A stretch of 64,000 nucleotides of DNA from Eledone cirrhosa (Eukaryota): NCBI GenBank assembly GCA_964016885.1, contig OZ024740.1, positions 97,154,001 through 97,218,000 of the forward strand. Reading direction: 5' to 3'. Below are positions 1-13,113 of the stretch, piece by piece (positions within the stretch are counted from its first letter, which is position 1; every line of letters begins with the position of its first letter). The position numbers and the translations under genes were made by a program. The notes beneath the pieces were generated by a model, which was not told where the DNA came from, made no database searches, and worked only from the letters and a program-made list of their open reading frames with translations.

Positions 1-106
1 GTATGCGTGTGTGTATGTATATGTGTATTTATATGGTGTGTGTATGTATATGTATGTGTATGTATGTGTTTGTGTATATGTGTATGTATATGTATGTATA
101 TGTATG

Positions 107-149
<43 letters not shown>

Positions 150-863
150 GTATGTATATCGATGTATATTTTATAATTTACTTGTTTATATATGTGTGTA
201 TGTATATATATATGTGTATATATATATATATATGTGTGTGTATGTATATATTATATATATATATTTTCTTGATATATTTCTTTTTTCTTTTTCTTTTCTT
301 TTTATTTCTAAGTTTATAGATACATTTATAAATAGGCAGTCTGCTGACACCGGTGAATACTGACCTCTCCCCCCCACCTACTTTCTGTATCTGGATCTAA
401 ATGTGTGTGGCAGTGTTTATGTGCGCGCATTAATATCCATATGCTTATGATAATAGTATATACACACATATATATGTGTGTGGGGGTGTATGTGTGTATG
501 TATGTTCGTGGTTGTGTGTATGTGTATGCGTATACGCGCGTGTGTGTGTGAATGTACGTATATGTGTGAGTATATGAATGTGTGTATATATTTATTTTAT
601 ATTTATATATATGTGTGTACGTATTTTATCTGTAGATTATAAACATACAGAGACATTAGCCTTGAATTTTTGTATTTACATACATTTTGGCAAGCGTATG
701 CATGTGAACATATATCTTTATGCATATCTGTGAACGAAGTTACCTATATGCATATATATACACACCTAACTGTATAAACTTTTTGTATTTTCATTGGTCA
801 ATTTGAACTCTGTTCCCAAACAGACCTGTAATTTTGAATTGTTGTTATTATCAATAAATATAT

Positions 864-1018
864 TTCATTATTTCTGAAGACGGCATATATATGTGTTTGG
901 TATGTATATTTAATTTTGATAGTTTGTATAATTTTGTATAATTTTGTACATAGATCTGTTGAATATGCATGCCAATTCTAACACATATATGTCCTAGAAA
1001 CGATCGTTAAATAATGAA
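864..1018 (+). ncRNA. Type I hammerhead ribozyme with ~115-nt stem II (PLE pLTR)
   Basis: Stem I ttcattattt/aaataatgaa; core CTGAAGA (874-880); stem II catatatatgtgtt...aacacatatatg; GAAA (997-1000); palindromic stem III ACGATCGT; GUU site. Partial copies at 2242-2403 (+) and ~41945-42130 (-). Confidence 0.75.
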
Positions 1019-1072
1019 CTTTTTTTGTTTAATATAAGGAACTGTTTCATTGTTTTATTCATTATTTTTTTA

Positions 1073-1112
<40 letters not shown>

Positions 1113-1264
1113 CATACATACATACACATATATATACACACACACACATACACATACATATACGCATATATACACACACACACACATCCATGTATGCATA
1201 TACACATACAACTACACACTCACACAACTCAGACATACATAAATAAAGAGATATACATACACAC

Positions 1265-1305
<41 letters not shown>

Positions 1306-1360
1306 TATATATACACACATAAATATATATACACACAAACACACACACATATACATACAC

Positions 1361-1419
<59 letters not shown>

Positions 1420-1669
1420 TATACATATACATATATACATATATATAAAAAATAAATAAATAAATAAATAAATAAATAACAGTCAGACAATTATGCACAC
1501 AAATATATATATATATATATATATACACATACACACATCAACTACAAATATATATATATATATATATACTCACATATACACGCACACATACGCATATATA
1601 TACACACACACACATACACATAGACATATATATATACATATATATACACACATACATATATACATATAT

Positions 1670-1714
<45 letters not shown>

Positions 1715-2241
1715 ATCATACACCCTTATTTACATGCGCACATATGTATTTTTATACTCACATACAAGCACCCAAACATACATACCTACCTACATATACA
1801 TACGTACATCCACGCTTACAATTACAAATAATTATAGGTGGCGGGGGGAAGGGGATTATAGTAAATATAGGTTTCAAGGAACATAGAATATTAAATTGCA
1901 TCTAGATCATAATATGTGTTTACATAGTAGTTTCAGTATTAGGAAATGTAAGAAAGAAAGCAAAATTATGCATTTTAATATAAGTAGACTATTAATTATA
2001 GGTTAACTGAATTAAAAATAGTTAATATATTGATTTCTAAGGTGTATACTACTTAGGTTTATAATCTTTGAAGCGGAATTTTGAAGTTAAACAGTAGTAG
2101 AATATTAATTATAGCATAACTAAATTAAAAATATTAACATTATGGTATCAATATTAGGAAATGAATTTAGTAATAGGGAGAAAAACCAAATCAAGTATTT
2201 CATCGGTAGTAGAATATAAATTATAGGTTAACTAAATTAAA

Positions 2242-2395
2242 ATAGTTTGTATAATTTTGTATAATTTTGTACATAGATCTGTTGAATATGCATGCCAATT
2301 CTAACACATATATGTCCTAGAAACGATCGTTAAATAATGAACTTTTTTTGTTTAATATAAGGAACTGTTTCATTGTTTTATTCATTATTTTTTTA

Positions 2396-2403
<8 letters not shown>
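2242..2403 (+). repeat. Direct copy of 919-1080 (3' half of HHR-bearing pLTR)
   Basis: Near-identical ~160 bp; lacks the CTGAAGA half of the ribozyme. Confidence 0.85.
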
Positions 2404-2435
<32 letters not shown>

Positions 2436-2441
2436 ATATAT

Positions 2442-2783
2442 GGCACATGGCTTAGTGGTTAGAGCATTGGCCTTGCAATCGAAAAGTTGTGAGTTCAATT
2501 CTCAGCAGACCGGGTGATGTGTTGTTTCCTTGAGCAGGAGACTTTATTTCACGTTGCTCCAGTTTACTCAGCTGTCGAAATGACATGATAGGGACTGGGG
2601 TCCATATCATTCCACTGTAGAGTGGTCGTGGAGGTGCCACGGAAAAAAGCACCCAGCACATACTGTAAATGAGGTTAGTGTTAGGAAGGGCATCCAGCTG
2701 TAGAAATCAAGCCAGAATCAGTTCCCGTCCCACCCTTGCAAGCAAGGAAAAGCGGACGTAAAATGAAATAATGATGAAATGAT
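2442..2783 (+). mobile_element. tRNA-derived SINE with RTE-derived 3' tail
   Basis: A box TGGCTTAGTGG (2448), B box GAGTTCAATTC (2491); tail 2725-2766 matches the RTE LINE 3' end at 62775-62816; (ATG)-like tail. Confidence 0.85.
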
Positions 2784-2816
2784 ATATTATATATATATAC
2801 TTATATATATATATAC

Positions 2817-2886
<70 letters not shown>

Positions 2887-3049
2887 ATATATATATTATA
2901 TTGTTATACTTTGGGAGGGTCATGTTGCCAATAAGAAACACACGCACCAGTTGCTTTCACTTCAATTTATTATAACAAATTTATAATAAATTTATAAATT
3001 TATAAATTTCTGGTTGGTTGGTTCCACAACCAGATAGCTGTTTATATAT

Positions 3050-3094
3050 AGTCATAGTTCTTTCGTCACACACTCTGTGACCTCTTCAGTGACT
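3050..3094 (-). ncRNA. Minimal type I hammerhead ribozyme
   Basis: Minus strand: agtca CTGAAGA g gtcaca-gagtg-tgtgac GAAA gaac TA tgact. Confidence 0.75.
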
Positions 3095-3294
3095 GGGGGT
3101 TCCTTTCTTTGTTTCTGTGCCTCTCCTTTGTTCTGTCCTACGCCATTTTGTTTCTGTGTGTGTGTTGTGTGCTCAGTCTGCGCATGCGCCACATCCGGGT
3201 GTCTGTGTGTGTTTATGTTCATTTATTTATTTGTTTATTTACATGTTACTGGTTGGTTGGTTGTTCTATGTGTGTGTGCGTTTTCATTTTGTCC

Positions 3295-5220
3295 TTAATT
3301 GTAAGTTGTGATGTTGCTGTTCCACTCATATTTTCTATTTAATTTTGGTTGTAATTCTTTTATGTTTATTGCCTCTGTAATTTCTCTAAACATTGCGTCT
3401 TTTCTGTGTGTAGATTCTATTTTCATTTCTATGTTCTCTAATTTACCCTTGTCTATTTTAGCATGTTGGTAGAGTACAGAGTACAGATTCTTTATTATCT
3501 TGAAGGTCTCGCCAGTGTTCATTTATCCGTTCCCCTACACTACGAGCTGTCTCACCTATGTACACTATATTTTTGTCTCTACATTGTCCTTCAGTACATC
3601 TTATGCTATACACTACATTTCTAGTTTTACAGTTAATATGGGGGCTTATTTTACAGGTTATACATTTCTTATCTATACATGAGGGTCTTTGAAAAGGGTA
3701 TGTCTTGCTAATAAGTGTTTTTACGGAGGCACCTGGTCTTTCTACTATCTTAATATTGAGTTTCTGTTTATTTAGAGCCCTTCTAAATGTGTAAGCTAAT
3801 TCACCTCTAGGGGTTGTATCGGTGAACATTAGACTCTGGTATTTATTGCTATCATACCATGAGTTTATTCTATTAGCCTTGTTCCTAGTTCTTTCTATTA
3901 TATTCCAAAATTTGCTCCTATACAAGGGGCAGGTCCCATTTATGTCATTATTTACCATTTTTTCCCATTTGGTTCTGGCTCCTCTATAAACTCTGATTTT
4001 ATCTCTCTGATTGTAGCCAGAGAACTGCATACGGTGGATGAAGTGTTGTATGTGTCTCTCTAGTTCTTCGGGGTTGCACATGCGGGACACATTTCTCATC
4101 ACCCGTACCAAATCCGCAATCAGTATGTTGATTTTGGTATGGTCCGAAACGGCCGAGTTTCGGTGGATCAGATATTTGGAAGTCATGGGTTTGGCATAAT
4201 GGGAATGGAGGATTTGTTTTTTGTTGTTTTTGGTATCTAACCAGAGCTCTGTGTCTAGTACAGGTAATCGATGGTTGGGGTGTTTACTTGGGTAGTCTAT
4301 AGTAACTCTAATGCTCTGGTGGATGGAGTTTGCTATTTGCTGGATGCTTTCCATTGTGTTTTTCTCTAGTTCCTGACTGTTCTCTAGTGGGGGTGTCTTA
4401 ACTACGATGTTTATATCATCTACGTAGCGGGAGTACATTATCAGGGTTAAGGGGTCTTCTAATTGTTCTTTAAGTTTAAGTTTAAGTCTAATGTCCCACC
4501 ATACCATGAATAAGTTAGCTATGTCGCCTGAAATGCTAACACCAATGGCTGCTCCTTCCTCTTTTGGCATATGTTTTTCCATTAAATTTGAACATATGTT
4601 CCTTAAGGGTTAGTTTTATGCTGGCCCCTACCGCATGTGCAATCATTTTCTTCAGTTCATCGTGGTTTTCGGGTGTCCGTATGGCTCTGGTCCACCCGTT
4701 CCATCTATCTGTGTGGGTTTTCTTGGCCATTGAGGTAATGGTAGGTGGTCTGCCTCTTGCTGGTCTTGTAGGGCACAGGTTGCTAAGGTCATATGTGTCT
4801 AGGTAATTATTACTATAGGTAAGCTTAAGTAGGAGTCCCAGCTCACTGGTATCAATCCCACGGAACACAACCTTGCACTCACTGATCATTTCTACGCATT
4901 TCTCCACAGCAAAATCCGCGTCAATAGATGGATACAGGAACACAACATCCATACTGCCTATTATGCAGTTTGTTAGGTCCCCGGATAGGTTACTCACGCC
5001 GATTCTGCTGAGGAGGTCCTCCGTGCTGTCACATACATCTGGGGACATTTCAATGATGGGGCGTATGATCAGGGAGAGGAAGTAAGACAGTCTGTATTTA
5101 CTAGCAACGTTAGCTCCACAGACTGGCCGTGTTGGTGGTCACGCGACAGGGTCACAGCCCGTTTTATGGTCTTTTCGAAGCCCATACAACGCCGGCACGT
5201 CATTGTTCCAGGCCTGGAAG
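3295..5220 (-). pseudogene. PLE RT-GIY-YIG polyprotein, disrupted
   Basis: Motifs LYGLRKDHK, PPTRPVCGA, SMDVVFLYPSI, GAAIGVSISGDIA, YSRYVDD, LPVLDTELW, HYAKPM, Cx4Cx2C linker, NVVYSIRC..YIGETAR, EAINIKELQPKLN. One stop, a frameshift at ~4575, and a 7-bp duplication (agagtac, ~3471-3484) causing another. Confidence 0.92.
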
Positions 5221-5254
5221 TTGTTTTACCTATAGTAATAATTACCTAGACACA

Positions 5255-5506
5255 TATGTAGGACAGACGGGACGTCGCCTGGCGGACCGATTCACTGAGC
5301 ACCTCCGGGATATTCGTCTCGGAGGTAGTTCCCCCATTGCCCGCCACTTTGGTGGTCCTGGACATTGCGCACGCCATCTCACAGTATGTGGCCTACTCCA
5401 ATGCCAGGGAACACCCGCCAATCGCCTTAGAGTCGAACAAAGAACTATCTTCATCTTACAGACCCATACTCCCCCCGGCCTGAACTCCCCACCCTTATTC
5501 CTTTAG
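5255..5506 (+). pseudogene. C-terminal part of a Neptune-like PLE GIY-YIG endonuclease
   Basis: YVGQTGRRLADRFTEHL...PIARHF...EQRTIFILQTHTPPGLN. Confidence 0.85.
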
Positions 5507-6895
5507 CCTTCGACCGCCCCCTCGCCCCACTAACACCACTAACACACCCCTCCTTTTCACCGCCCACCCCACAACTAACAATACTAACACCTCCACTCCA
5601 CCCCTCATCCGACCACCCTTCCCCAACTAACATACTAACATCCCTCCCTTATTCTCCTCCTCCCCCTCCTTATCACACGCACACACCCACCGGCACATAT
5701 ATACACGCGCTCACACTAAACACACATCCTACTACCACAACTAACCCTCACCCCCACACCTCCATCCCACCACCCCGCAACTAACCTCACTAACACCCCC
5801 TGACCCCAAGCACACGTACCCACACACCCTCGTACACAACCAACTCTACACACCGTACCACCACTAACCCCCACTCACACCTGCATTCAACCCTTCCCCA
5901 CCTCCCGTATACTAACACCCACTAACACCCCCTTCATCAAACTACACACACACCAGTACACCACACTCCCTCCATAGAACTACACACACCCTTCTCTCCC
6001 CGCTCCACCCACACCCTCGCTCCACACTCACTCATCCGACTAACACCTCTACTAATACACACACACACCCTCCTCACTCCAACTTTCACACCTACTCATC
6101 CTCGCCCCTTTATCATTCCACCGACAGCTGCTATGCCCTCTGACCACCTCCCAGCACAAACAGACACACAGCACTCCCACCGCTTGAACACTTCCTGTTG
6201 CGCGCGCACCCCACATCTCTCCTCTTCCGACCATCTCTTCATGGAATACTCGTATGTGGAACTTGACCACCACGGAATCTACTAAACGCCATAGGAATTT
6301 ACCAACATTTCAACCGTCCTCTTACGGAATCACCTATATAACTCACCCACACACCCAAAAAAATTTGTTTCTCCCACACACCACCTACACCCACAACACG
6401 CTTAAACCCCACACACACGTGCTTTCCACCACATATTTACACCCTCAGCCTCCTGATTCCTCTACGCCCACCACTCTATCCACACACGCACAGACACTCC
6501 GACCTACAACCCCCCCACACACATCTCTTCCTGAACATGCAACCCCGTTCTTCCCCCAAACCTTACTTTCACACACACACACACACACACACACGTACAC
6601 CTACACACACACACCACCTTCAGCCCTCCCCGCTCGGACACCCGTCTCCCTCTCCCTAATCCACCCACCACCACCCCTACACACCCCACACCCTTCCACC
6701 ACCTGTTTTACCGCTTTTTAATTTCAGTTTATTTTGATCATGCTTTTATATTTAATTTTATTTCATTCCATGTATTTTGATCATGCTTTATTTTTATTTT
6801 TATTTTTAATTTCATTCGCACCGTTTCCTTTCGCTATATGTCTCTCCACCACTCCCCTACACACCCTTTGAACTCTGTTCCCACACACCTCTCAC

Positions 6896-6923
6896 CTGAG
6901 GAAGGGCTTATGCCCGAAACGTC
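6896..6923 (+). ncRNA. Minimal PLE-type hammerhead ribozyme
   Basis: CTGAGGA a gggc-ttat-gccc GAAAC GTC with ACGT palindrome; stem I weak. Confidence 0.7.
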
Positions 6924-7015
6924 GTTCCCCACCACCACCCCATTCTCTAGAGCGTGAAATTAATAAACATTCGTTGTACTGCCTCTCTGTTTTGTTCCTG
7001 TTCAAATTTTTCCAT

Positions 7016-7043
7016 TATATATATATTATATATATATATATAT

Positions 7044-7075
<32 letters not shown>

Positions 7076-7154
7076 ATTATATATATATATATAATCTATA
7101 TATTATATATATATATATATATTATATATATATATTATATATATATATATATAA

Positions 7155-7198
<44 letters not shown>

Positions 7199-7453
7199 AT
7201 ATATATATATTATATATATTATATATTTATATTATATATATATATTATATATATATTATATATATATATTATATATATATATTATATATATATATATTAT
7301 ATATATATATTATATATATATAATATATATATATAATATATATATATAATATATATATATATAATATATATATATAATATATATATATAATATATATATA
7401 TATAATATATATATATAATATATATATATATTATATATATATATATATTATAT
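7016..7453. repeat. Interrupted (TA)n microsatellite (representative)
   Basis: Similar tracts at ~10175-10685, 11095-11575, 16300-17310, 26076-26840, 30860-31505, 47686-48215, 48525-48970, 50520-51925, 52755-53190, 53352-53700, 59545-59785, 60375-60760, 62845-64000. Confidence 0.98.
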
Positions 7454-7581
7454 GTAGGAGGGGAGTTTTATTGTAGTACAATAAAGCAATGCAGATATCG
7501 GATAAGAAGCACTCTACAGTTTGTAGGACTGGAGTATACATAATATATAAGAACAAAAGATGGTTAAAAGAGTTCCATGTA

Positions 7582-7648
7582 TTTGATTATGCGCATTTCA
7601 AAAACAAATATCATCATGCAATAATATTTGTGTTTTCATCAGATAAAA
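7582..7648 (-). ncRNA. Hammerhead ribozyme in non-coding pLTR (~7455-8450)
   Basis: Minus strand: CTGATGA aaacacaaatatta...tgatatttgttttt GAAA TGCGCA TA; palindromic stem III ATGCGCAT; stem I imperfect. Confidence 0.6.
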
Positions 7649-8005
7649 TAGGAAGACATGATATGAATGTTAAAAAACACTTGTGGATAGTGCAGTTTTA
7701 AATCAACATATGAAAAGTAGTTTTAGATTGATGTGTGATATTGGGAAAAAATATTTTTTTGTTTGGGGGTGGGGGTGAAAAAAAGGAGGAGATGAGAGTA
7801 AAAAGTGGAGAGGGAGGAGTATAATGAGGAAGGATGAGATAGGAGGAAAGATGGGTGATAGAGAGAGAGAGATAGCTTTTATAACTGAGAAAAATATATT
7901 GTTTTACATAGAGAGGTTGAAAACCGTTGGAAGATAATATATAAATTGAAAGAATTTGAAAATTAACGAAGAGAAAAATAATGTAAAGTTAAGATTTGTA
8001 TATTG

Positions 8006-8172
8006 AAGGGTTTAATAATATGTACGATGAAAAGAAAATGTTAATATGTATTAAGAATAATATTTAAGGGTTTAATAATATGTGCGATGGAAAGAAAAAG
8101 TTAATATGTATTAAGAATAATATATAAGGGTTTAATAATATGTGCGATGGAAAGAAAATGTTGATATGTATT
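8006..8172. repeat. 60-bp tandem repeat, ~2.8 copies
   Basis: aagggtttaataatatgt(a/g)cgatg... recurs every 60 bp. Confidence 0.9.
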
Positions 8173-8498
8173 ATTAAAAAGAACAACAAGTAATGTAAGT
8201 AAGGATATATTGTGAGATGAGCATGAGTAAGTTAGATGAAAGGGAGAAAAAAATAATAAATTGAGGATGAATAATCTAACGTCAAAAAATATTTATGTTT
8301 ACGAAGGATTTTTACAAGGTGATATAGAGTAAGAATGTATTGTATTGTGTAATAATTGTTTCTATGTTAGGCAACAGTGAGAAAAGGTACAGATTAGGGG
8401 TTAGATATTAAAAGAAAAAGAGAAGAAAGGGAATAATACATGTTACTAATTTCTATATCACTCCTATTTATCACTTCCCTTTCTTCATTTTCCCTTAC

Positions 8499-8906
8499 CA
8501 TAATGTGATCTACCTGTGCAACGTGAGGACGGACACCTCCAACAAAGATTATATAGGACTAACCGCATGTGACTTCAAGACCCGGCTATACCAACATAGA
8601 CATACCTTCCGAAACCCGGCCCGGCGTCGCGTCACTACACTTTCGGGCCACATATGGGACCTCTAGGACAACAACATCACCTATGATCTCACTTGGAGAT
8701 TACTGTCCAGAGCCAACTCTTACACGGGAGGACGCCGTCCGTGCAATTTATGCTCGGAGGAAACTTTCCAAATGCTGTTTTCGACGGACCAACTCCTAAT
8801 CAAGAAAGATGAACTGGTTACTGCATGTAAACATAGATTGCGTAGGACTTACTTCGCCCTCAAAGCCCATAATGACCCGGGGGGAGGGGGTAGACTAGGG
8901 CTATAA
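8499..8906 (+). pseudogene. Hydra-type PLE GIY-YIG endonuclease fragment (not in ORF track)
   Basis: Hand translation NVIYLCNV..DYIGLTACDFKTRLYQHRHTF..LSGHIWDL*..TWRLL..CNLCSEE..LL.K.E...CKHR; one stop. Element continues to ~10175. Confidence 0.9.
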
Positions 8907-10069
8907 CACCCCACTTGCCGATTTAGTAATGGGTAACCCCTGCTTGCCAAGGGAGACGTAAGATCTTTTTATTTTTTATTCTTTTATCGCTTCCTCTATA
9001 TTTCCTTCTTCCCCCATCCCTCCCTAGTCCTTCTACCCCAGTTCTTTTTCTTTGTCGGCGTATTTTTCTCGCCCACCCGAGGCAGCCCTTTGGCCCCTTG
9101 TAGCCTCAGTACCCCCACCGCCTCCCTCTAGTCTATGATAGATTTGGCGGACTCCGCTTTTTATAGCAGTTGTGTTAGACCTCGGATACTTGCCCCCTTA
9201 TCCGACCGCTCCCCCTTTTCTCCGTGCCTTCTATATTTCTTAGTGGCACCTCTGCCTTAATTTCTCGTTTCAGTATTTCTTTCTTCTCTTTTCTTTTGGG
9301 CGGGGTGGATTCTGAATTTATTTTTCCGTATTCTACTTTTACCTCGTACGAACTTTCATGTAGCTTGTATAAGAACTTTTGTAGCGTGGCGGTACCATTA
9401 GAGTTAGCATTAGTATATTTTTTTCGGGACTCAGAATTAGTATCTCGTACTAGTTTACTTTTCTGCACTGGGTGGTTGCTGGCCTTGTGCCCGGGGTAGA
9501 AACCTTTATTAATTATTTCGTGGTAATTTCTTTAGTATTTTGGCCCCCATTGTTGACCCGTCACCGTATGATATACGTACTTATACCTCTTAAAAGGGTC
9601 CTTTCCTATTCCGTCCCACCTAGTTTATTTACTTTTTTTATTTCTTTATTTCTTTATTTCTTTATTTCTTTATTTCTTTCTTTACTTCTTTATTTATTTA
9701 TTTATTTATTTATCTAGCCTAGCAATAGCTAGAGACTTAGGTCGTAGAAATTGCTTATATATTTTTTTCTTTACATTTATTCGCTTTTTATCACTCTCAG
9801 TATTTTTTTTTTCTCATATATATATTTTTACCCCTCATTGTTCTACTTACCGTTTCGACTTCCTCCCCCTCCCCCTCCCTAGTATCTTCTTTGGCCTCAT
9901 TCCCAGCTGTAGCCGGCACTACCAACGCATGATTGGGTCTACTCCACCCCTCCCCTTTTTCTCCTACCGGCAGGTTTAGCCACCCTCTCCCCCACTAATT
10001 TGCCATCACAGAATAACTACTAACTTGTGACCAATCCTTGTGACAATCACTTTGACCATATATGGAATT

Positions 10070-10163
10070 ACCCCTTAAGAAGCCCGGCTATTTATATACC
10101 AGGATAAATTTTCATTTAGTCCAGAATTAGCCGTCGAAACGGCTTGAGCTCAGCCGTCGGGGT
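10070..10163 (+). ncRNA. Hammerhead-like motif, altered core (CTTAAGA)
   Basis: ccc CTTAAGA ..cggcta..tagccg.. GAAA cggct-tgagctc-agccg TC ggg; 3' end of the PLE starting at 8499. Confidence 0.55.
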
Positions 10164-10189
10164 CTTACTGGTTCCTATATATATAATAT

Positions 10190-10286
<97 letters not shown>

Positions 10287-10349
10287 ATATATATATATGT
10301 ATATATATATATATAATATATATATATATATATAATATATACATATATA

Positions 10350-10380
<31 letters not shown>

Positions 10381-10541
10381 ATATTATGTATATATATATA
10401 TATATATTATATATATATATATATATATTATTATATATATATATATATTATATATATATATATATATTATGTATATATATATATATATTATATATATATA
10501 TATATATATTATTATATATATAATATTATATATATATATAT

Positions 10542-10573
<32 letters not shown>

Positions 10574-10581
10574 ATATATAT

Positions 10582-10613
<32 letters not shown>

Positions 10614-10648
10614 ATATATTATATATATATATATATATTATAAATATA

Positions 10649-10679
<31 letters not shown>

Positions 10680-10876
10680 CTATATAAAAGTGGATGAATA
10701 CCTCAACAGGCACTATGTACTTGTAGAAATATGCAAGCTGTTTATAATATTTTGTGGTTCAATGGTACTAATTTGGGTTACCAGAACAATATAAAAATAG
10801 CGGAGCAAGCGGTTATCAAACAATTCTCTAAATAAATTAAACAACGATTTAAATAATCACCTGTTCTATTGTTACC

Positions 10877-10943
10877 GACGGTTTCATCTTTCCAAAAGAT
10901 TGGAAATCCAGAGAATTTCCAACGGAAAGAAATGAATCTTCAG
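10877..10943 (-). ncRNA. Hammerhead-like motif in solo pLTR (~10685-11095)
   Basis: Minus strand: CTGAAGA..tctttcc..ttggaaat..atttccaa..ggaaaga t GAAAC CGTC; stem I weak. Confidence 0.55.
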
Positions 10944-11120
10944 ACAGCCTATTTACACACTATAAGGTTGCAAGCCCTACAACAAGTAAATATTTCGCTA
11001 CCTGACACGTTAAAATGACACACACGCAAAATCAGGTCGCTGATAATAGCTGTTTATTATAAACATGTTGATATTGCCACTAAAATTAGCAGCATGTATA
11101 TATTATATATATATATATAT

Positions 11121-11155
<35 letters not shown>

Positions 11156-11316
11156 ATATTATATATATATATATATTATATATATATATATATTATATAT
11201 ATATATATATATTATATATATATATATTATATATATATATATATATTATATTATATATATATTATATATATATATATTATATATATATATATTATATATA
11301 TATATATTATATATAT

Positions 11317-11386
<70 letters not shown>

Positions 11387-11410
11387 TATATATATATATA
11401 TTATATATAT

Positions 11411-11469
<59 letters not shown>

Positions 11470-11471
11470 AT

Positions 11472-11573
<102 letters not shown>

Positions 11574-11589
11574 TTAAAAGAATAGATGT

Positions 11590-12400
11590 GTAACACACAA
11601 GTTATGATATATTGGTAAACGGAATAGAAAATGCTGACAAATTGTTCACACTGAAAAATAGTTTAATTAGGAATAAGTGATAATTAGTAATAGTATTGGT
11701 TAGTATTAAGTTTTGGTTTTAAGTTTTACCGGTTGGGCATTTCTAATGCTTTTCAAAAATAATTTTGAGATAGAGCGTCCGTGATGTTTGCTCTCATCTG
11801 ATTAGTTTTGGGAATTCTACCTGTTTTTATGTTAAAAAAGTGGCTCCAGTGGTATTAAAATAAGTTTTGCGCCAATTCGTGTTGCAAAAATTCTTGTGGT
11901 CAAAACAATTTTGATTGGTCGGTAGAGGTCATGTGAATGTAAAAAATTGATTTTGCGCCAAATGTAGGTTTGTGTCGGCTGACTGAGAGATAAGTCTTTC
12001 ACAACAAATATGTGTGTGTGTGTGTAGTAGTAGTAAAGAGGTTCGTTGTTATGATAATGGTCAGCAGGGATGTGTGTGCGAACCGCAGCCTGTTGACAGT
12101 TCAAATGCCTATTAAGACAAGTGTGTGTGCTTGTGTGTGTGTGTAGCAGAGTAATTCGTGGTAGAGGGATGGTCTGTAGGAATGTGTTTGTAAGTGTGTG
12201 GGGGATATTTTAACATGTTAAAAGATATTTTTTCAGCTCTTGTCTTATACGGAGAAGTGTGTGTGTGTGTGTGTATGTCTCTTTGTATGTTAATGTACGC
12301 GTGTGTATGTGTGTGTGTATATATGTGTGTGTGTGAGAGAATGTGTGTGTATGTGTGTGTGGGTGGATCAGTATTTATTTCTGTTAAAATGGTGTACATT
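11590..12400 (-). mobile_element. Diverged non-coding pLTR related to the 42146-44340 family
   Basis: Minus strand 11700-11900 aligns by eye with 44065-44280; degenerate HHR TTGAAAA gcat..atgc CCAA ccgg TA at 11724-11759. Confidence 0.6.
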
Positions 12401-12697
12401 ATTCGATATTTTCAGTAAAATCGATTCTCTCAATAGAACATCAAAAACCTTAATAATAAAAGGTGTGAAATGATATATAGTATTGGCATAATACCAAGGT
12501 GTGTGTGAGTGTGTCCAGATTGTACGTACCGCAAGAGGGATCCATTAGGCCTTGCCGTATTGAAATACATGTGCACAAATATGTATCTGGAGTGTGTCCA
12601 GAAATTGTATACCCGTGCACAAATTGTATGCCTGTGCACAAATTGTACACATTTATCTGGAGTGTGTCCAGAAGTTGTATATCTGTGCACAAATATG

Positions 12698-12977
12698 TAT
12701 CACCTCGTGCGCCACAAGTCAAAAGTGGTATGAGTGTATTGTTAGAAATAACAGTCCAACACACGCAATTTAATAATCTCACCTCGTGAGGGAGCCGAAA
12801 TATAAATGAAAGTTAGAGTTAATAACTCTTACTGAAACCCTGTAATGAATAAGCTCCAAGCATAAATACTGAGCATTATAATAATAATATATATGTAGTA
12901 AGAAACACAGTGCGTTGGACTATTATTTCTAACCAATACACTCATACCACTTTTGACTTGCGGCGCACGAGGTGATA
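12698..12977. repeat. 63-64 bp inverted repeat (12698-12760 / 12914-12977)
   Basis: tatcacctcgtgcgcc...gtccaac and its reverse complement, about 3 differences. Confidence 0.9.
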
Positions 12978-13033
12978 AATTCATCTTTCTGTATGAACGT
13001 TGGTACTATTGTGTTTGTCGCATTTAATCAGGT

Positions 13034-13113
13034 TCTCTCGCTGATGATGCCCTGGAGTATCTGTTACAAGCACACTCTGGGCGAAACAGATTATCCCTAA
13101 TCTGTCCGAGAGA
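13034..13113 (+). ncRNA. Canonical full type I hammerhead ribozyme
   Basis: Stem I tctctcg/cgagaga; CTGATGA; stem II gccc.ggagt..actctgggc; GAAA; stem III cagatta-tccc-taatctg; GUC, predicted cut after 13106. Confidence 0.9.

Larger units (their letters stand above)
2890..5225 (-). mobile_element. 5'-truncated Penelope-like element (Neptune/Nematis-like; RT + C-terminal GIY-YIG)
   Basis: Coding remnant 5220-3295, 3' pLTR with HHR at 3050-3094 and AATAAA, ending in (TA)n. Confidence 0.9.
5255..7015 (+). mobile_element. 5'-truncated PLE with C/A-rich 3' region and minimal HHR
   Basis: EN fragment, then 1.3 kb C/A-rich tract, HHR 6896-6923, AATAAA ~6962, (TA)n. Confidence 0.8.

Noticed and set aside
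7-1831. Y/I/C/V/H/T-rich ORFs here and throughout
   Set aside because: Translations of (TA)n, (TG)n and (CA)n microsatellites.
2442-2515. tRNA gene
   Set aside because: Only A/B boxes of a SINE head; no acceptor stem or terminator.
5139-5141. In-frame TGA as selenocysteine (as in Naiad PLEs)
   Set aside because: Position fits GGA Gly before PPTRP, the copy has other lesions, and no SECIS was recognised.
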